Source of the DNA: Takakia lepidozioides
Taxonomy: Eukaryota; Plantae; Bryophyta
NCBI GenBank assembly: GCA_030704615.1
Contig: CM060732.1
Location: 74,152,001-74,216,000 of the forward strand
Reading direction: 5' to 3'
DNA: 64,000 bases
Shown here one piece after another: positions 36,517 through 50,260 of the stretch (within the stretch, counting starts at the first letter, position 1; the number at the start of each line of letters is the position of its first letter). A program made the position numbers and the translations under genes. Below the pieces are notes generated by a model. It searched no databases. It was given only the letters and a program-made list of their open reading frames with translations, and was not told the DNA's origin.

Positions 36517-39500
36517 TGTCATGTACCTAAGCATCGTGCCACAACATACATCGCTGTCCACCATACATTCTAAGCACACAATCCTAGAAAGTTATGCCAC
36601 AATATCCACCCTACAAAGCCCTCACCACACTCCTTCTCAATACCTAGAGCTATGGAGGTGGGAGAGGCTCATGGAGGCTCAACTACAAGAAGATGAGCCC
36701 TTCTCAACACTCACAAGGGGAAAACCCATCCCCATGTCCCAAGTGAGGTTTGACACCTCACTTGGCATGTGAGACCAAATGAAGTCCCAACACACACAAT
36801 ACAAATATACATATCCAAAATATCCTAGTTACTAGAAGTAGGTAATTCTAGTTAACCATGACTAAAACCATGATAGCTATCGTGCACCTAAGCATCGTGC
36901 CACAACATACATCGCTATCCACCATACATTATAAGCACACAATCCTAGAAAGTTATGCCACAATCGTCCCCCTAGCTGGATTAGGTCCCTCTAACACCGG
37001 ATAGCTGACAAGTATCCATCTCAATAAGATCATCGCTTGGTCTTCAATTGCACATCTCCCAATTTTCTAAAGTATATGGATCAAGAGGTCGGGTGCAATG
37101 AGAGCCCCATCGTTAGTCACTTGCTTGCAATCCATGATCTTCAATTGAGTATCCATGGCGTTGAGCTCCCACCAGCTAGACCTTGGATCATTTGTCAACT
37201 ACACCATTGTCATGCCCACTACCTATGGCCAACGCATCGTGGACACAACCATTCTCCACTAGGAACCTCCTCAAGTGGCGGTGTCAAGCATCCCATATGC
37301 CACCCCTTTGAGCATTTGTCACACACCAACATGGTTGCGGCACCACCAGCATGCCCACATAGCATGCAACGCAATCCTGTAGGTACCACTGCAAGAATGG
37401 GATCTATCCTCCCATCCACATGTGGAAGGTGACATGGCGCACAATTGCGCACATGGTCCTTCCATACCATACCATCTCGACCCTCCAGAATCAACACTCT
37501 TGAAGGCAACACCTCCCGGACCCTTAGAATCACACGTCCTGTTGTGACATCCAAAGTCATAGGCGCTGTTTGCTACAGATACACATAGTCCCCAGGGTGG
37601 AAACGCCGAACACCTGACCGATATCCCCCTCCACGTATAGTGACATATCTCAATGTGTCTTGGTGTTGGGCAATAGCAAGGTTCTCAAAAGCCATAGGCA
37701 TGACTATCTTGAACAACTCTGCCCGCTGGGCACATGCTTGTGTCCACACATCCGGATCATCAAGGTTGAGGACTACTGCAGTCTCCCTACGAATAGATGC
37801 AGGCAAATCTGGCTCTCGGCCAAAGAGAAGGAAATAAGGCGAGAATGAGGCAAGCGATGTTTGTTTGCTAAACCTGTAGCCCATGGCCAACCAAGGTAGC
37901 TGAAGGTCCCAATCTCTGAAGTGTCCCTTCTGCAAGCCATACTTGCGCAAGCCTTGCTTGACTGTTTGTACAACCCTCTCTGCCAAGCCATCAGCCTCGA
38001 GATGATCCCGAGAAGTAGTGCGGTGATCTATCAAGGCTTGCACACACAAAGCCTGAAACTCCCCCAAGAACTCTCTCCCCTGGTCCGTGAATACCTCGGC
38101 TGGAGCACCAAATTGGCTAAGCACTCGATCTAAGAATGCATACGCAGCCCCCTCACTTGCCTTGTCAGGCAATGCCACCAATTCAATCCACTTGGAGAAA
38201 TGTTCCATCATCACCAGCACATACTTGTTATGGCGAATCGTTAGTGGCAATGGGCTTACGAAGTCAAGACTCCAACGATAGCACAAACCCATAATGGATA
38301 AAGGATGAAATTGTGGAGTATATGCATTGAAAGAAGCCCGCACTCTATCACACACCATGCACCTTACCACTAACTGTTGCACATCCGTGTGCATGCACCG
38401 CCACCAGTACTGTCCTTGCAGAAAATTATGAATGCGCCGCACCCCAAAATGTCCCAACTCCTCATGGGCATGGCATACCAATCGCACTCGTTATGTTGGA
38501 TGAGGCACAATCCTCACTCGTCCATCCTCCCATACTCGGAGTAGGTGAGTCCCCTCCCACTTGAACCTCTTGGCTCGTTATAGGATCCGATCTCTCTCCT
38601 TAGCAGTTACACTGGCTGCTGTCTCTCCTGTACGAAGATAGGCCAACACTGCTGCATCTTCATGCACATCCTTAGCACCACCAAGCTCCTCACTGATCTC
38701 CGGATCGTCATGCACACCATCTACATGACCAATGCTATGGGATGGACCAGCTTGAGCTCCCATTACTAGGATGCACAAGAAGGCAGATGCATGCCATCCT
38801 GACACCATCTCCTCATCCGTCTCACCATGCCACCGAGCTCCAGTATCATCATGCTTGCTCGTACATGGATTACAACTCAACCCATCTGCATCCCGATTGA
38901 CTATACCGGCTCGATGCACCACCTGGAAGTCGTACTCTTGAAGCATAAGTGCCCAACATGCAAGCTTCCATGTAAGCTTGTCTTACTCCATCAACCACTT
39001 CAATGGTTGGTGATCCGTGACAAGGGTGAAGAGGTTGCCATAGAGGTAGCATCTGAAATGTGCCACTACCCATACTGCAGCTAGACACTCCCCTTCATAT
39101 GAGCTATACTTCGCCTCGGCATCATTGTTCAAGCGGCTGACATATGCCACTACGAACTCTCTTCCTTCGTCATCCACCTGTGTGAGCACTGCTCCAATCC
39201 GTATGTAGCTGGAAAGGCCGCCCCCGAATAGGCCGCCTCGGAATAGGTGCAAAAGTCAATCGAGCCTTGAGTTCCTCAAAGGCTTCCTCCTGCTCATCTT
39301 CCCACTGCCATTCCTGACCCACCTTAATTAACTTGGTAAGAGCCTTTGCAATGCTGCTAAATCCCTTGACAAACCGTCGATAGTAGTTTGCCAACCCCAT
39401 AAAAGCACGAAACTCTGCTAACATCTATGGGGCGTGGAATGCATGCAATGGCCTCCACCTTTGTCTTTTGAACACCCAATCCTCCAGGGTATATCATATG

Positions 39501-40600
39501 GCCGAGATACTCAATCTGGTTGTGGAAGAACTTGCACTTCCCAGGGTGCAATTTCAACCCGTGCGCTCTCAAGTGCTCAAACACCACCTGAAGGTGTCTC
39601 TCATGCTCCTCAACCGTAGCACTAAAGATGATGATGTTATCAATGTAGCACCGGACGAAGTCTAGCCCCGCGAGAATCCTATCCATGACCCTCTGAAACT
39701 TTGCAGGAGCATTCTTCAACCCAAACGGTAAGAACTGCCATTGGTACAAGCAATCCTTCCCATGTTGGTTAATCCCCCAGAATGTCGTCTTTTGCTTGTC
39801 AGCCTCTTTGATTGGCAACTGGTGGTAACCGGATCGCAAGTCCAATGTTCTAAACACCTTTGCATGCCCAATGGCATCAAAGATCTCCTCTGGAGTTGGC
39901 ATGGCATATCTATCGGACTTAGTCTGACGGTTCACAGGACGATAGTCCCCACACATCCTTCTTTTTGTCCAATTGCCATAGATATCCTTCTTAGCTGGCA
40001 TCACCATTGTCGAGGCATACTCCCCGTCTGACAACTCCACCAATCCAGCTTCGAACAACTCCATAGTCCGTGACTGGATCAATGACCTCTCCATGTCACT
40101 ATACCGGTAGGGCCTTCGAAAGATTGGTGTGTCACTTGCCAAATCAATACAAATCTCCTGACCCTTCAAACTCCCCAAATCCTTCAACAGGAAGGCAAAG
40201 CAATTTCTATAAGCCCTTAGAAATCGTTGGATCCTCCGTCTCTCTCCTCCGGTGACTGTAGGTCCAACATCTGGTTCCCAATTGTCCTCAGTGACTACAA
40301 CCTTGGGTACACCAGGCTTGGAGGTAGGAGACGAATTCTTTGGTTGCTAGATAGCAACCTCTTGGGCCTTGTCCGCCCAATCTGACTGTGGCGTAGCCTC
40401 CACTTGCTCCGCCATAGCCACCTTGAGAACATCCTCTGAGCAAGAAACATTCTCAACCTCTTCAAAAACCTTGGCTACCTTGGCCTCCAACTGATCCTCA
40501 GTCCATGGCTCTCCCCACGCCTCATACTGCTCACCCCCATGATTCAATAATTCTCTCTTTGTGCATCTCATCCCACATCTGTCATGGGTGTTTGCAACCC
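36517..40600 (-). mobile_element. Ty3/Gypsy, same family as 4448-14375 (RT-RH-INT-PHD-3' LTR)
   Basis: RT 39357-40187, INT 37573-38487, complete C4HC3 PHD (CMLC...CDKC...HMGC...CPRC) at ~37230-37370, A-B-A LTR at 36517-36962. Confidence 0.95.
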
Positions 40601-40729
40601 AGGTAGGTCTGCAAAGCCTCCCTCCCACACCCCTGCATATCTTGCGATCATCGCGTTCCATGACAAAACATCAAACAGATGGTGAGGAGACCAAAAAAGC
40701 CCAAGTCCCAGCCCAGTGTAAAGTTCGGC

Positions 40730-40875
40730 GGTGTAATCTAGACCGTTAGATCTTAAATAATCTAGACCATTAGATCTTATAAAATCTAACGATTCAAAAT
40801 CATTTCCATCACATGATCTAACCTTGTAGGGTATTACTGTTCAAATAACGATGGTGAAAAAAATCTAACGGTGAA
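40730..40875. repeat. Short palindromic AATCTAGACCGTTAGAT repeats, probably the subterminal region of a DNA transposon
   Basis: TAATCTAGACCRTTAGATCTT twice plus AATCTAACG variants. No TIR or TSD resolved. Confidence 0.45.
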
Positions 40876-41356
40876 TTTTTGTCATTTTTACCTCAGGTAA
40901 ATTTCATAGGGTGTCCCACACATGGGGCAACCTACAAACTTGGAACTATTTGATTTCATGAATCCTACACAAAGTTGTAGGGTTTCAAAGTCGAACCAAT
41001 CAGAATGCTTGTATACACTAAGAGCCCTATGACCAATCACGCTTTTTGGGGGGTTATATCAAATGAGTGTTTACCAAGTGGCAAAAATGGACAGTCTTGG
41101 GACCAGCAGTGCATGGTCATAGGTACTGATAGAAGCGTTAATAGGGAGTTTGGTCATAAACGCCTGTTCGGTCATAGGCCAAGTTACCCTACAACCATGA
41201 CCATTGCGTATTTTAATCTCTCATATCTATCTTGCGACATTTGTAAAGCCACGTCCATCCAGGTCCAATTTATTGAACATATATCAAATCGACACATGAA
41301 AATATGACAAGACCACTGTAAAATTCAAAATACACGTGTAGGGATGTAGTCGTATA

Positions 41357-42566
41357 AGCAAAGCAAGGTACAGCCAGTACATTGTTGGGGGCGGCTACGG
41401 CAATTTGCCAAGCTCCATTGTTTTCTACCACGACAATTGTAATGTCGGGGATTCGGCCAGCTGCTATGTTCAGACTAGCAGCTAAACTCTGTGAGAGTGG
41501 TGATGCATCGGCACTATCTGTGGGGATAGCGGATAATGTGCAGTGCATGGATGCCCTAGACTCAAGGGTGAAGATAGCCACAGCTGCACCATGGCAAGAG
41601 GCAACTGCAAGGTTGCAGGAGTTGCCAGCTAGACCAACCATTGAGCGTAGTATGGTGACTCCTGGGGTAGTCCTGGTGGACAATCAGGATGGTGTGTTTC
41701 AGTTGGGTGGCCCAACCGGGAGGAGGTATAGGCCACTGCGGGTCTTGTTGGAGTCGGAAGCACAGCCATTGATGTTGGGGAGAGCAGCAATTGCAGGCTT
41801 GGGCCTTACAGAGGCGGATTTGGAGCCTTGCCCTTTCCAAATTCAAACATCTTTGGGTGGTTCAGAGAAGACATGAGGGATTACACGCCATGAGCTCTTC
41901 ATTCGATTGCAGCCGGATCATCCTACGGACGGCTCAGTCATGAGAGCTAAAGCCATTGTTACGGACGCGATGTCCTATGATGTGCTTGTTGGTGGGGCGG
42001 TGTTATACCCCATGGGATTCACTCTGGACTTTTGGGAGGAAACGACATCGTACAGGCCGGAATGGCAGTCAGGAGATGGCCGACGTGCACTGCTCCCAGT
42101 GCGGTTTATTGGGAATGTAGCGGTGGATCATATGAACATGATGCCCACATTGGCTGCATTCTCAGGGGTGGTGGCTTGGGGTGGTGAGCTCTTGGAGGAC
42201 AATAGCCATGCAGATGATAGGCCATCACCTGATGAGGACAAACAATTGGCATACAAGGCTGATTTGCTTCATCATGTGCCTGTGCACTGTGGGGTACGGT
42301 TGGGAATTTGCATCGAGTAGTAAGTGAGTGTGTGCACCATGCATGGCGGGAGTCCTTTCCATTGATGAGTGAGGGGAGTTTAGTGACATCACTTGGACCT
42401 CCTGAGTTAGCTCATTTGGACACAGTGCCCATTACCTGGCAACCACCTGACTCAGGGATTTGTTTGCTAGATCTATTTGGAGGCATGAGCACTGGGCTTG
42501 CAGGAGTGTTGCAAGCAGGGATTAAAGTACCCAAGTACTTGTATGTGGAGAAGGATGAGATAGTTC
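41357..42566 (+). mobile_element. Gypsy fragment (pre-protease region, protease, DNMT motifs I-II), opposite orientation to 36517-40600
   Basis: Highly similar to ~8069-9266. Ends just after LDLFGGMSTG...YVEKDE. Confidence 0.93.
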
Positions 42567-43037
42567 GGGGTTGGGGTGTTTGCTGGAAGAACTTCACGCA
42601 GTCAGTGTCAGCTGTTAGCAGCAAGTATTCACGATTTGTACACAGGTCGGGATAGCTGAAGGACCAAGGATAGAGGTCCATATTCATCCAAGAGGGCCGG
42701 ATTTCAAATACAAGATTACTTCTGATTCCCTGTGGATCAATAGCTACAAGAAATCTGCTAATGAGAAGATGGTCTGCTAATGAAAGCACCTTCTTCAACA
42801 CATTTTCACCATGTTTTTCCCTCTTATCAGAATCGGCCCTAAATTTTCATGTTGAATTTTGCAAGTTAGTTGGTGGAATGAACCTGGGATAGTTTGGAGT
42901 GACTTTGACATGATACTGCCAATGTGACAACAGGAAAGTATCCAAAAAGAGGTAACAGAGATGAGGAGAAGCTGTGGAATGAATACTTTCTGACCCCAGT
43001 CAATGGTGGGACAACCGAGGCAAAAAGATAAAAAACA

Positions 43038-43200
43038 ATAGCGACCGCCATACGGGCGGTCACTTAAATTTAAAAATATACAAAATAGAAGTGACCGCAA
43101 TATTACACAAAATGAAAGGAAATAAAAGCGACCGCAGTAGTGGCGGTCGCTTGTTTTTCATAAAAAATAAAAATAGCGACCGTAGTATTAGCGGTCGCTT
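43038..43200. repeat. Three GCGACCG-spacer-CGGTCRC hairpin repeats upstream of the hAT transposase
   Basis: Copies at ~43041, ~43127 and ~43174 in A-rich spacers. Confidence 0.75.
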
Positions 43201-43619
43201 AATTTCAAAATTACAACAAATATGGTTGTACATCCTTTTTCGGGTGGGCGCTATTGGTTCGTCATTTATTCATTTCACTTTCATTTCACTTTCATCCTTC
43301 TTGGATCATATATAAGGGAGGAGGGTCACCAAGCTCCTCATTTCTTTTGGCGCAAACACTTGAGGTTGTTTTGGATATTCTCTTCCATTGAACGAGAGTG
43401 TAGCCCAAGAAGAGGATGCGCACCTTTTGTCGTTGTGGCTTCCACCAAAGCCAGTAGATTGTGTATAAGCTCAATACTACAACCCACGTCAACTCACTTG
43501 GGTTGTTGACAAGTGTAGAAGTGTTGGGCTATCGCATTGTACTCTACATTCACAACATGTTCATTTATAGGTGACTGTTTTTTGTTGCTTACATCGCTAG
43601 GTCCCAGGGGAGTGGATAT

Positions 43620-45852
43620 TGGGTGAAGATGAGGGAGGAATGAAGCCCTTGGTATACAGAAATCTCGAACACTGTCAGTGCCACTGGTAGTGTTGAGTGC
43701 AACCTATGTGGATTAAAGCTTTCTTATTGTAAGGATTGGTTGCTCGCTCACCTCGGCTATAAAGGTGTGAAGAGCGTTGGGGTGGATTTATGCCCTAAAG
43801 CATCTATGCGGGTAAAAAGCCACTTTGCCCAGTGTGGAGACAATATTCCAATGTCTTTGGATCTGGACATGACCTCTGAGCAGAACACTTCATCTTCCTG
43901 TCAGGATGCCCCGATTAGTACCCAGGGCGACTCTTGTGAGGTTTCGGGTGTCATTGGACAAGTGGGTTGTGCCGAAGCAATACCTACTTCAACACTTCTT
44001 TGTACCCCTACACTTCAACGGAGTAGAGGATTACGGCAGCAATCCATGCAAGAAGGTCTTAACTTGTCTGCGAAAAGACAGTTGGATAAAAAATGGGCGC
44101 AGTTTTTCTTCGAGGCCAACATACCATTTAATGTGGCAAGGCTTCCGGCATTTGTTTCTGCCGTTAGAGCAACCTTGGAGTCCAGATCCACGTACGTGCC
44201 TCCGACTTATCACAATCTCCGCACAGGATTGCTAGAAGACGCCATGACCGAGCTTACCCAAAAGGTCAACGATAGGACGAGCGAGTGCATCAGAAAATAT
44301 GGAAGCACTATATGTGCCGATGGTTGGAGTTCTATTACAAACATATCGTTGTTCAATGTCATGCTCGTATGTCCAGCTGGGGAACAATTCTTGGGATCGG
44401 TCAACACTAGCGGCGAGAAGAAAGATGGACGTTATCAATATCAACTATTGACGGACTTCATCGAACAGGTCGGAAGTGATAGAATCGTGCAAATATACAC
44501 AGACAATGCCGCTAACATGAGAAACACTGCAGACATGTTGTTGACACGTTATCCCCATATGTACTATCAAGGTTGTGTTGCTCATATCCTTGACCTCTTT
44601 TTGGAAGATTGGGGAAAAGAACAGTGGGTGAAACAACTTGTCAAGCGAGCGAAGACTGTTGTGTCGTTCATCCGCACACACCACATCCTTTTGGCAATAT
44701 ATAGGAGGCACGAACCCAAATACAGCCTCCGCAATTCAGGCGAAACTCGTTTTGCCACTAACTTCTTGACGGTGGATCGGATGGTGACGGTGAAGAGCAG
44801 TCTGGAGCACACCATCATTGATCCTCAATGGGATGCGTACACACAGTCATTGCGGGATTCCAGAAAAGCCAAGTCATTGGGCAAAAGTCGAAAAGTTTGA
44901 AATAGCATTCGCAGCGATGATTTCTAGAAGAAATGTGAAAACTTTGTTTATATGGTAGAGCCGGTGTTAATCGTCTTGTGGGAGTTTGATGGAAAGAAAC
45001 CAGTAATGGGCAAGGCATGGTTCGCAAAATCTTGAGAAGCACATCCAATCCTTGAGGCATCCTCCCTAACCTGAACTTGCGGACAGTGCTGATGATGCAT
45101 TTTACGACCGTCGTTCGATGGTTCGAACGGACTTGCATTATGCGGGGGCTTTGCTCAATCCATTTTTGCTCGATAATACCATGCTCCGAGATGACGCTGA
45201 TGCCAAGGCCGGCCTCGTGCGAGTGCTCATGCGACTGGCTCCGCCGAACCATGCAGAAAGAGCTATATCCGAGTACCAATGCTTCTCAGATCGCCGCGAC
45301 CCTTTTGAGAACATGTCGGATCCAAAAGAGCTCAATATGTTGCCACATGAATGGTGGGATCTGATTGGAGCTGGAGCAAGAACATTGGCTCCCATTGCGA
45401 AGCGTATTCTTGCTCAAGTGTGCTCTGCCTCATCTTACGGACGCAATTGGAGCAGTTACTCATTTGTTCACAACAAGATTCGCAACATGTTGAATCCTGC
45501 GAGGGCTGACAAATTGGTGTATGTGTATACCAATTGCCGACTGCTACGTGAGAGGGCAGCGGATGATGCTGCAGCATGGTATGAGAAGAATTTGCATTCT
45601 GAAGACTCTGCTTCTGAGGCTGATTCGATGAGTGACGATACTGAGCCTCAGAGAGAATCATCTCAGAGGGAACCATCTGCCTCCGATAGTGAAGATGAAT
45701 CCGATGATGCTCCCGAAAATGCGTATAACCCGTTTACATTCACAGAGGATGATGCTTATATCCAATCGACCTTTGATGACATTCTTGAAGAAGTGCGTAT
45801 CGCAGATGAAGCAGTGATGCCTCGGCGTGAGCCTGGTCACGTAAGCGCGTGA
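43620..45852 (+). mobile_element. hAT transposase pseudogene (BED-like finger, DUF659-type core, dimerisation domain)
   Basis: CNLC...LAHL; ADGWS; TDNAAN; CVAHILDL; ETRFAT; EWW...AKRILAQVCSASS..RNWS..KLVYVYTN. Stops and frameshifts at 44900-45120. Confidence 0.93.
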
Positions 45853-46805
45853 GCGCAACTGCGCTCACGCCACGTTACTTTGCGCCAATGCCACGTCACG
45901 GGGCTCACTCCACGTCATCACACGTGAAGGCCGCGTCACCACGCGCCCAGAAAGAAGTGGAGTGTATTCCCGCGGATTGGCACCCTTTACCGCGGAAACA
46001 AGCTGGACGACATAATAAAAGGCATTGAATAAATGATGGATGAATGTACAGTTGGATGATAAATAGATGGATGAGTGTGAAAAATGAATGTAGATGGATG
46101 AATGATGGGGTTGCTATTCCATATGCACAGGTTGCGTGCATGCATGCACAAAATCCCTTATTATATATGCATGTGACAAATTTGTATGCACACATTGTAG
46201 ATTGTATGCAGTGGAGTTATATAACATAGAATACGACGTATTTATTGCATATGCAAATGTTACATCATATGTATATAGAAAAAAATAAAATAAAAATCTT
46301 AGCTAACAAAATCAGTAGTCAATGGTCAAAGATGTATGTGACCACTAACTCCAACTAATGCACCACCTTAAATTGAAGAGAATACAAGATCCCTGGCCAA
46401 AGTAATAGTTTGTAAACTTGTATTCAAGGAAAATAGTTTCATATTAACCAAAATATGGACTTTTGTACTAACAAATGCATATGTGTCATGTTTGGAACCA
46501 CCACATTGCATGTCTGTTTGTAATGCCAAGCAGTTCTATAATTTGAAAACTTGTATGACAGGTACACAAGTTCCATTTTAACCAAAATAGGAACTTCTGT
46601 ACTAACAAATGCTATGTGTCATGTTTGGAATAAAGTAGTAACAAGATAATTACATGTCAAGTGCATGAAAATGAACGGCACAAGTTAGAGGTTCTTTTTT
46701 TGTGCATTTCATGTGTCACTAAGAAGTTGAACTAGGGTCCTTCTTTAGCATAGCCCTAACCTCTAACTGGCTAAGGGAAGGTTGGTGGATCTCATAAGCC
46801 CCGGC

Positions 46806-49800
46806 TCATCGTAGATGCACGTTGTACATGAAGTACATGTGCTTACAAGGTAGATATGTTTGTTTTTTCTTCTTGACAGATAGCTCATCAAAGTCGGGAC
46901 AATCACAAGATGGAAACTGACCAATGTATACATTGTAAACCAATCCTGCTCTGGTAGATCCCTCTGTTTGTAGCTGGTAAATTCTCCCATAACCTGGCTG
47001 AGGCACGTTTCTGAATCCACGAACCTCAGCAATAAGAGTCTTCGTTGACTCTTGGCGACTCAAGTGTCGAGGAGTCGGATCCCGATGCCGAATGCGCACC
47101 CCATAGCGTGTAGTGGGATACTTACCCACAGGAAGGACAACACCTTGATGAATATGTTGTTCCACTGGAAGTGGTCCCACAGGAAAGTTCAGATCAGGAA
47201 CGTTGGGAGGATGGACTAGTCGAAAACCTGCAAGGGTCAAGTTGTCCACCTCTTCTTGTGTAAGGTTGGTTCCAACCTTCACAGGCCACACGTTAGGTAT
47301 ACCCGGTTTTCCCAAGCAATATAATGGCACGGTCCCTCCAACACACGACAAAACATCTGTGGGGCAAAACCAAAAAACTTGCAGTTTTGGTTCTTTCATA
47401 TTCGGTGCTAGTAACTTGCCAGTGAAGCAAGGTGCAGGACTTCCTTTACCTTTCCTGATGAGCGCTTTGCATTTATCTTTGGAAACTCCAACCAAGACAA
47501 AACAACGAACCATGGAAGCATGACTTGTCCGCTGAATCCTGAACAATGCATCGGAAAAGTCTTGTGTTTCTCTCACTGGATTTCCCCATTGCATTGACTG
47601 AGGAGGGATAGCAACATGTGGATTTGTCTCACAGAAAGTCGAAGAGCCAGGAATGTCATGACTTGATTTGGAGCTGACAAACCTAGATGGCTGGTGTGGA
47701 CTGGGCATCCCAGTGGCGCGCACTGGAACAGTCTTTATATTCATATCACACCTCCAAGATTCGTTTGGCCCACCATGCTCATCGCCTAACTTGCGTTTGA
47801 CTGGAATAGTGCGATTGTCTCCCTCCAATTGAACCCCCCTTGTGTGCATGGGTGTTCCAGCTACTATGCCACGTACAACCTTGCCCATTTTTGTTGGGCT
47901 ATTAGATCTAGCTGCTTGACGCAACATGAGCTCCTCTTTGTCGGGCCCCGTCCCGCATGTCTTTCCTGTGGTGTGCCTGTAAAATGTTGCCTGCTGCAAA
48001 AGAGCTCGTGACATGTCATGCATGGTGGCCTCATATAGATCCACCTTCATTTTTTTCCCATTGCCTGCTGTCTTCCACCAAGCAGAATGGACTGCCTCAG
48101 ACAAATTAGTGGTAGGCATATCTGCATCTGCCTCCACATCCATGTCCTCTCTCATCCATTGGCCCCACATTCGATATCTGTAGTGCCACCATGCAAGCCA
48201 TGAATCCAGTTTTGGCAGACTCTTTTCTGTGCATGCTCCTGAAGAGAGCCACCAAGCCCGAATTGCAATGTATGTGGTTGTAGCATCCTCCAAGGTATCA
48301 CTATCTTTCCATTCATAACAGAGCTGAGTGTGCCTTTCACGGAAGTCCTCCAAGATATAGTCGTTGGTGTGTCTTCGGAGGCTTTCAGCCCAATGATATA
48401 AACATGTTCTTTCTTTACCTTCCATTGGGACATTGGGATCAGATCCATAAACCCTTCGAACAGCAGCCCAATTCGCTCCTGCTGCATCCGCCATGAAGCC
48501 AGCAAAATTTGGTTTGTTCAAGCCAGCAAGTTTTGCTTGTTCATTGATCATCTCCCAGAATAACACCTGAGCATCTGCATCCTTTGTTTTCATATCGCAA
48601 ATGGCAATGGTCATCATTCGCTTGACATATGGTTCATAGACATGACACGCAAGAGTTGTCCAATCTTTGATGCGTTTGACATGGTCAAATACTACCCAAC
48701 TTGTGCGTAGATCCCCCTCACTCATGCGACGCACAAGATCAACACCACTCTCGGGACCAGCAACAGACATCTTGAAAACATGGGGGAGATGAGAAGTATG
48801 CTAGCCTGGAAGGAGATTGCTGTGAATGAAATGGTATGTACTCAGACGCTTCAACTCCAATATGGACATGATGGAATTGACACGTGCAGATGCGACCTTG
48901 TTTTTCACATTGGGGCTACAAACATGGGCAAACTCTTCAAGAATATCTTCCAAAGCCTCTCCCTCAAGACGTACTGTCTCTGTGCCATCAGCCACAAGAA
49001 CTCGATCAATCAAGAGCTTTTGGGCCATTGACAAGGAAATAGCTCCCGGGGTTGACCATGGCTTCATCTTAACGTGCTCTTGAATCATGCTTGATGCATT
49101 TTCCGCAGCCTCTCTATTCTCGCCCTTGGCACATGGATGGTTATGAAACCCAACGTGAACTGCAACACGTGTATACGTTGGAAGGGAACTTGTGACATAG
49201 TACATTCTTGCCCCACAATGCCCTCACAGAAAGGTCTTTCTTTGCAGAAACTACACTTGAACTGGTTGAATGGAACTTGGGCTCCTACAATGAACACCTT
49301 GTCTGCATTGCCTTCCCAATAGCGGTCATTCCGTTCTCCTTCTTTCTTGAAGAAGGGGCAAGTGCTACTTTGACATATGAGCTTTCCAACACAAAGAACC
49401 TTACTATATTTCACATGATCTGGAACACCAGACATATTGTAGGTATTGGTCTTGCACCAAGGATGACCATCAAACTTGCGGTCCATGCCTTGGAGGGACT
49501 GTGAACCACGGTCCGTACGTAGTTTGACCACGGGGGGGAGTTCGTGGATCACTTTTCCATCAAAAGCTCGAGGAAGACACCGAACACGATGCACTGGAAT
49601 GTGACTATAGTCCAAGGTAGAAAGCTCTCCTTTTGATCCATTCCTCCGAGCAGTGGCCAAGATACTCAAAATGGACAACACACCAGAAGGAAATGCAGAT
49701 GTAGCCTCCCCTGCTAGTCGTGGAGATGAAGATAAACCCCTCGCAGATTCGCAACAATCAGACGTGGTGTTGTCCAATGGAGTTTTCCGAGGCTTCATCT

Positions 49801-50260
49801 CGTGAAGCAAGACCGTATGAGCAGATGAGGAAGGTTGAGATCCACAAAATACACTCTTAGAAACCTCAACACAATCCGAATTATGAGACCCCAAGCTCGC
49901 CGAATCTGCAACCTCCTCCTTCAATTTACAACTCCCATTTGTTGCAGCTTGATCGTTCTTTCTTGCAATAGAAGTGTGCCTCTCATCATATGACTGTGTA
50001 TAGCTCGTACCTGTGACACGGTACTTGGAGAAAGTGTCTGGAAACAACTCCCATTGCTTTTGGCCGTCATTGAAAACTGGAAGCAACACTGTGGAGGCAT
50101 CATCATCTCCATCATCCTCCCAAAAACCTGAACCCGGAACAAGTTTGAATCTATTGCATAACCAAGGTTCTGGGATAATGCACTTGTTTCCATTGAAAGG
50201 ATAACGAACCACTTTTGCATCAAGTGGACATGAAAGCACTGCATATTTTGGTGTAGACAT
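46806..50260 (-). pseudogene. GCM-like + MULE-type DDE + SWIM transposase, ~1150 codons, intronless, 1 frameshift and 1 stop
   Basis: DGHPWCKT...CVGKLICQSSTC...C-x2-C...H-x-H (GCM/WRKY-like); FDHVKR, FMADAAGAN, CLYHW (C-x2-H), TNLSE; SWIM CDCPDF...CKH. Frameshift at ~49220 (short G run) and in-frame TAG at 48801-48803. Confidence 0.8.
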
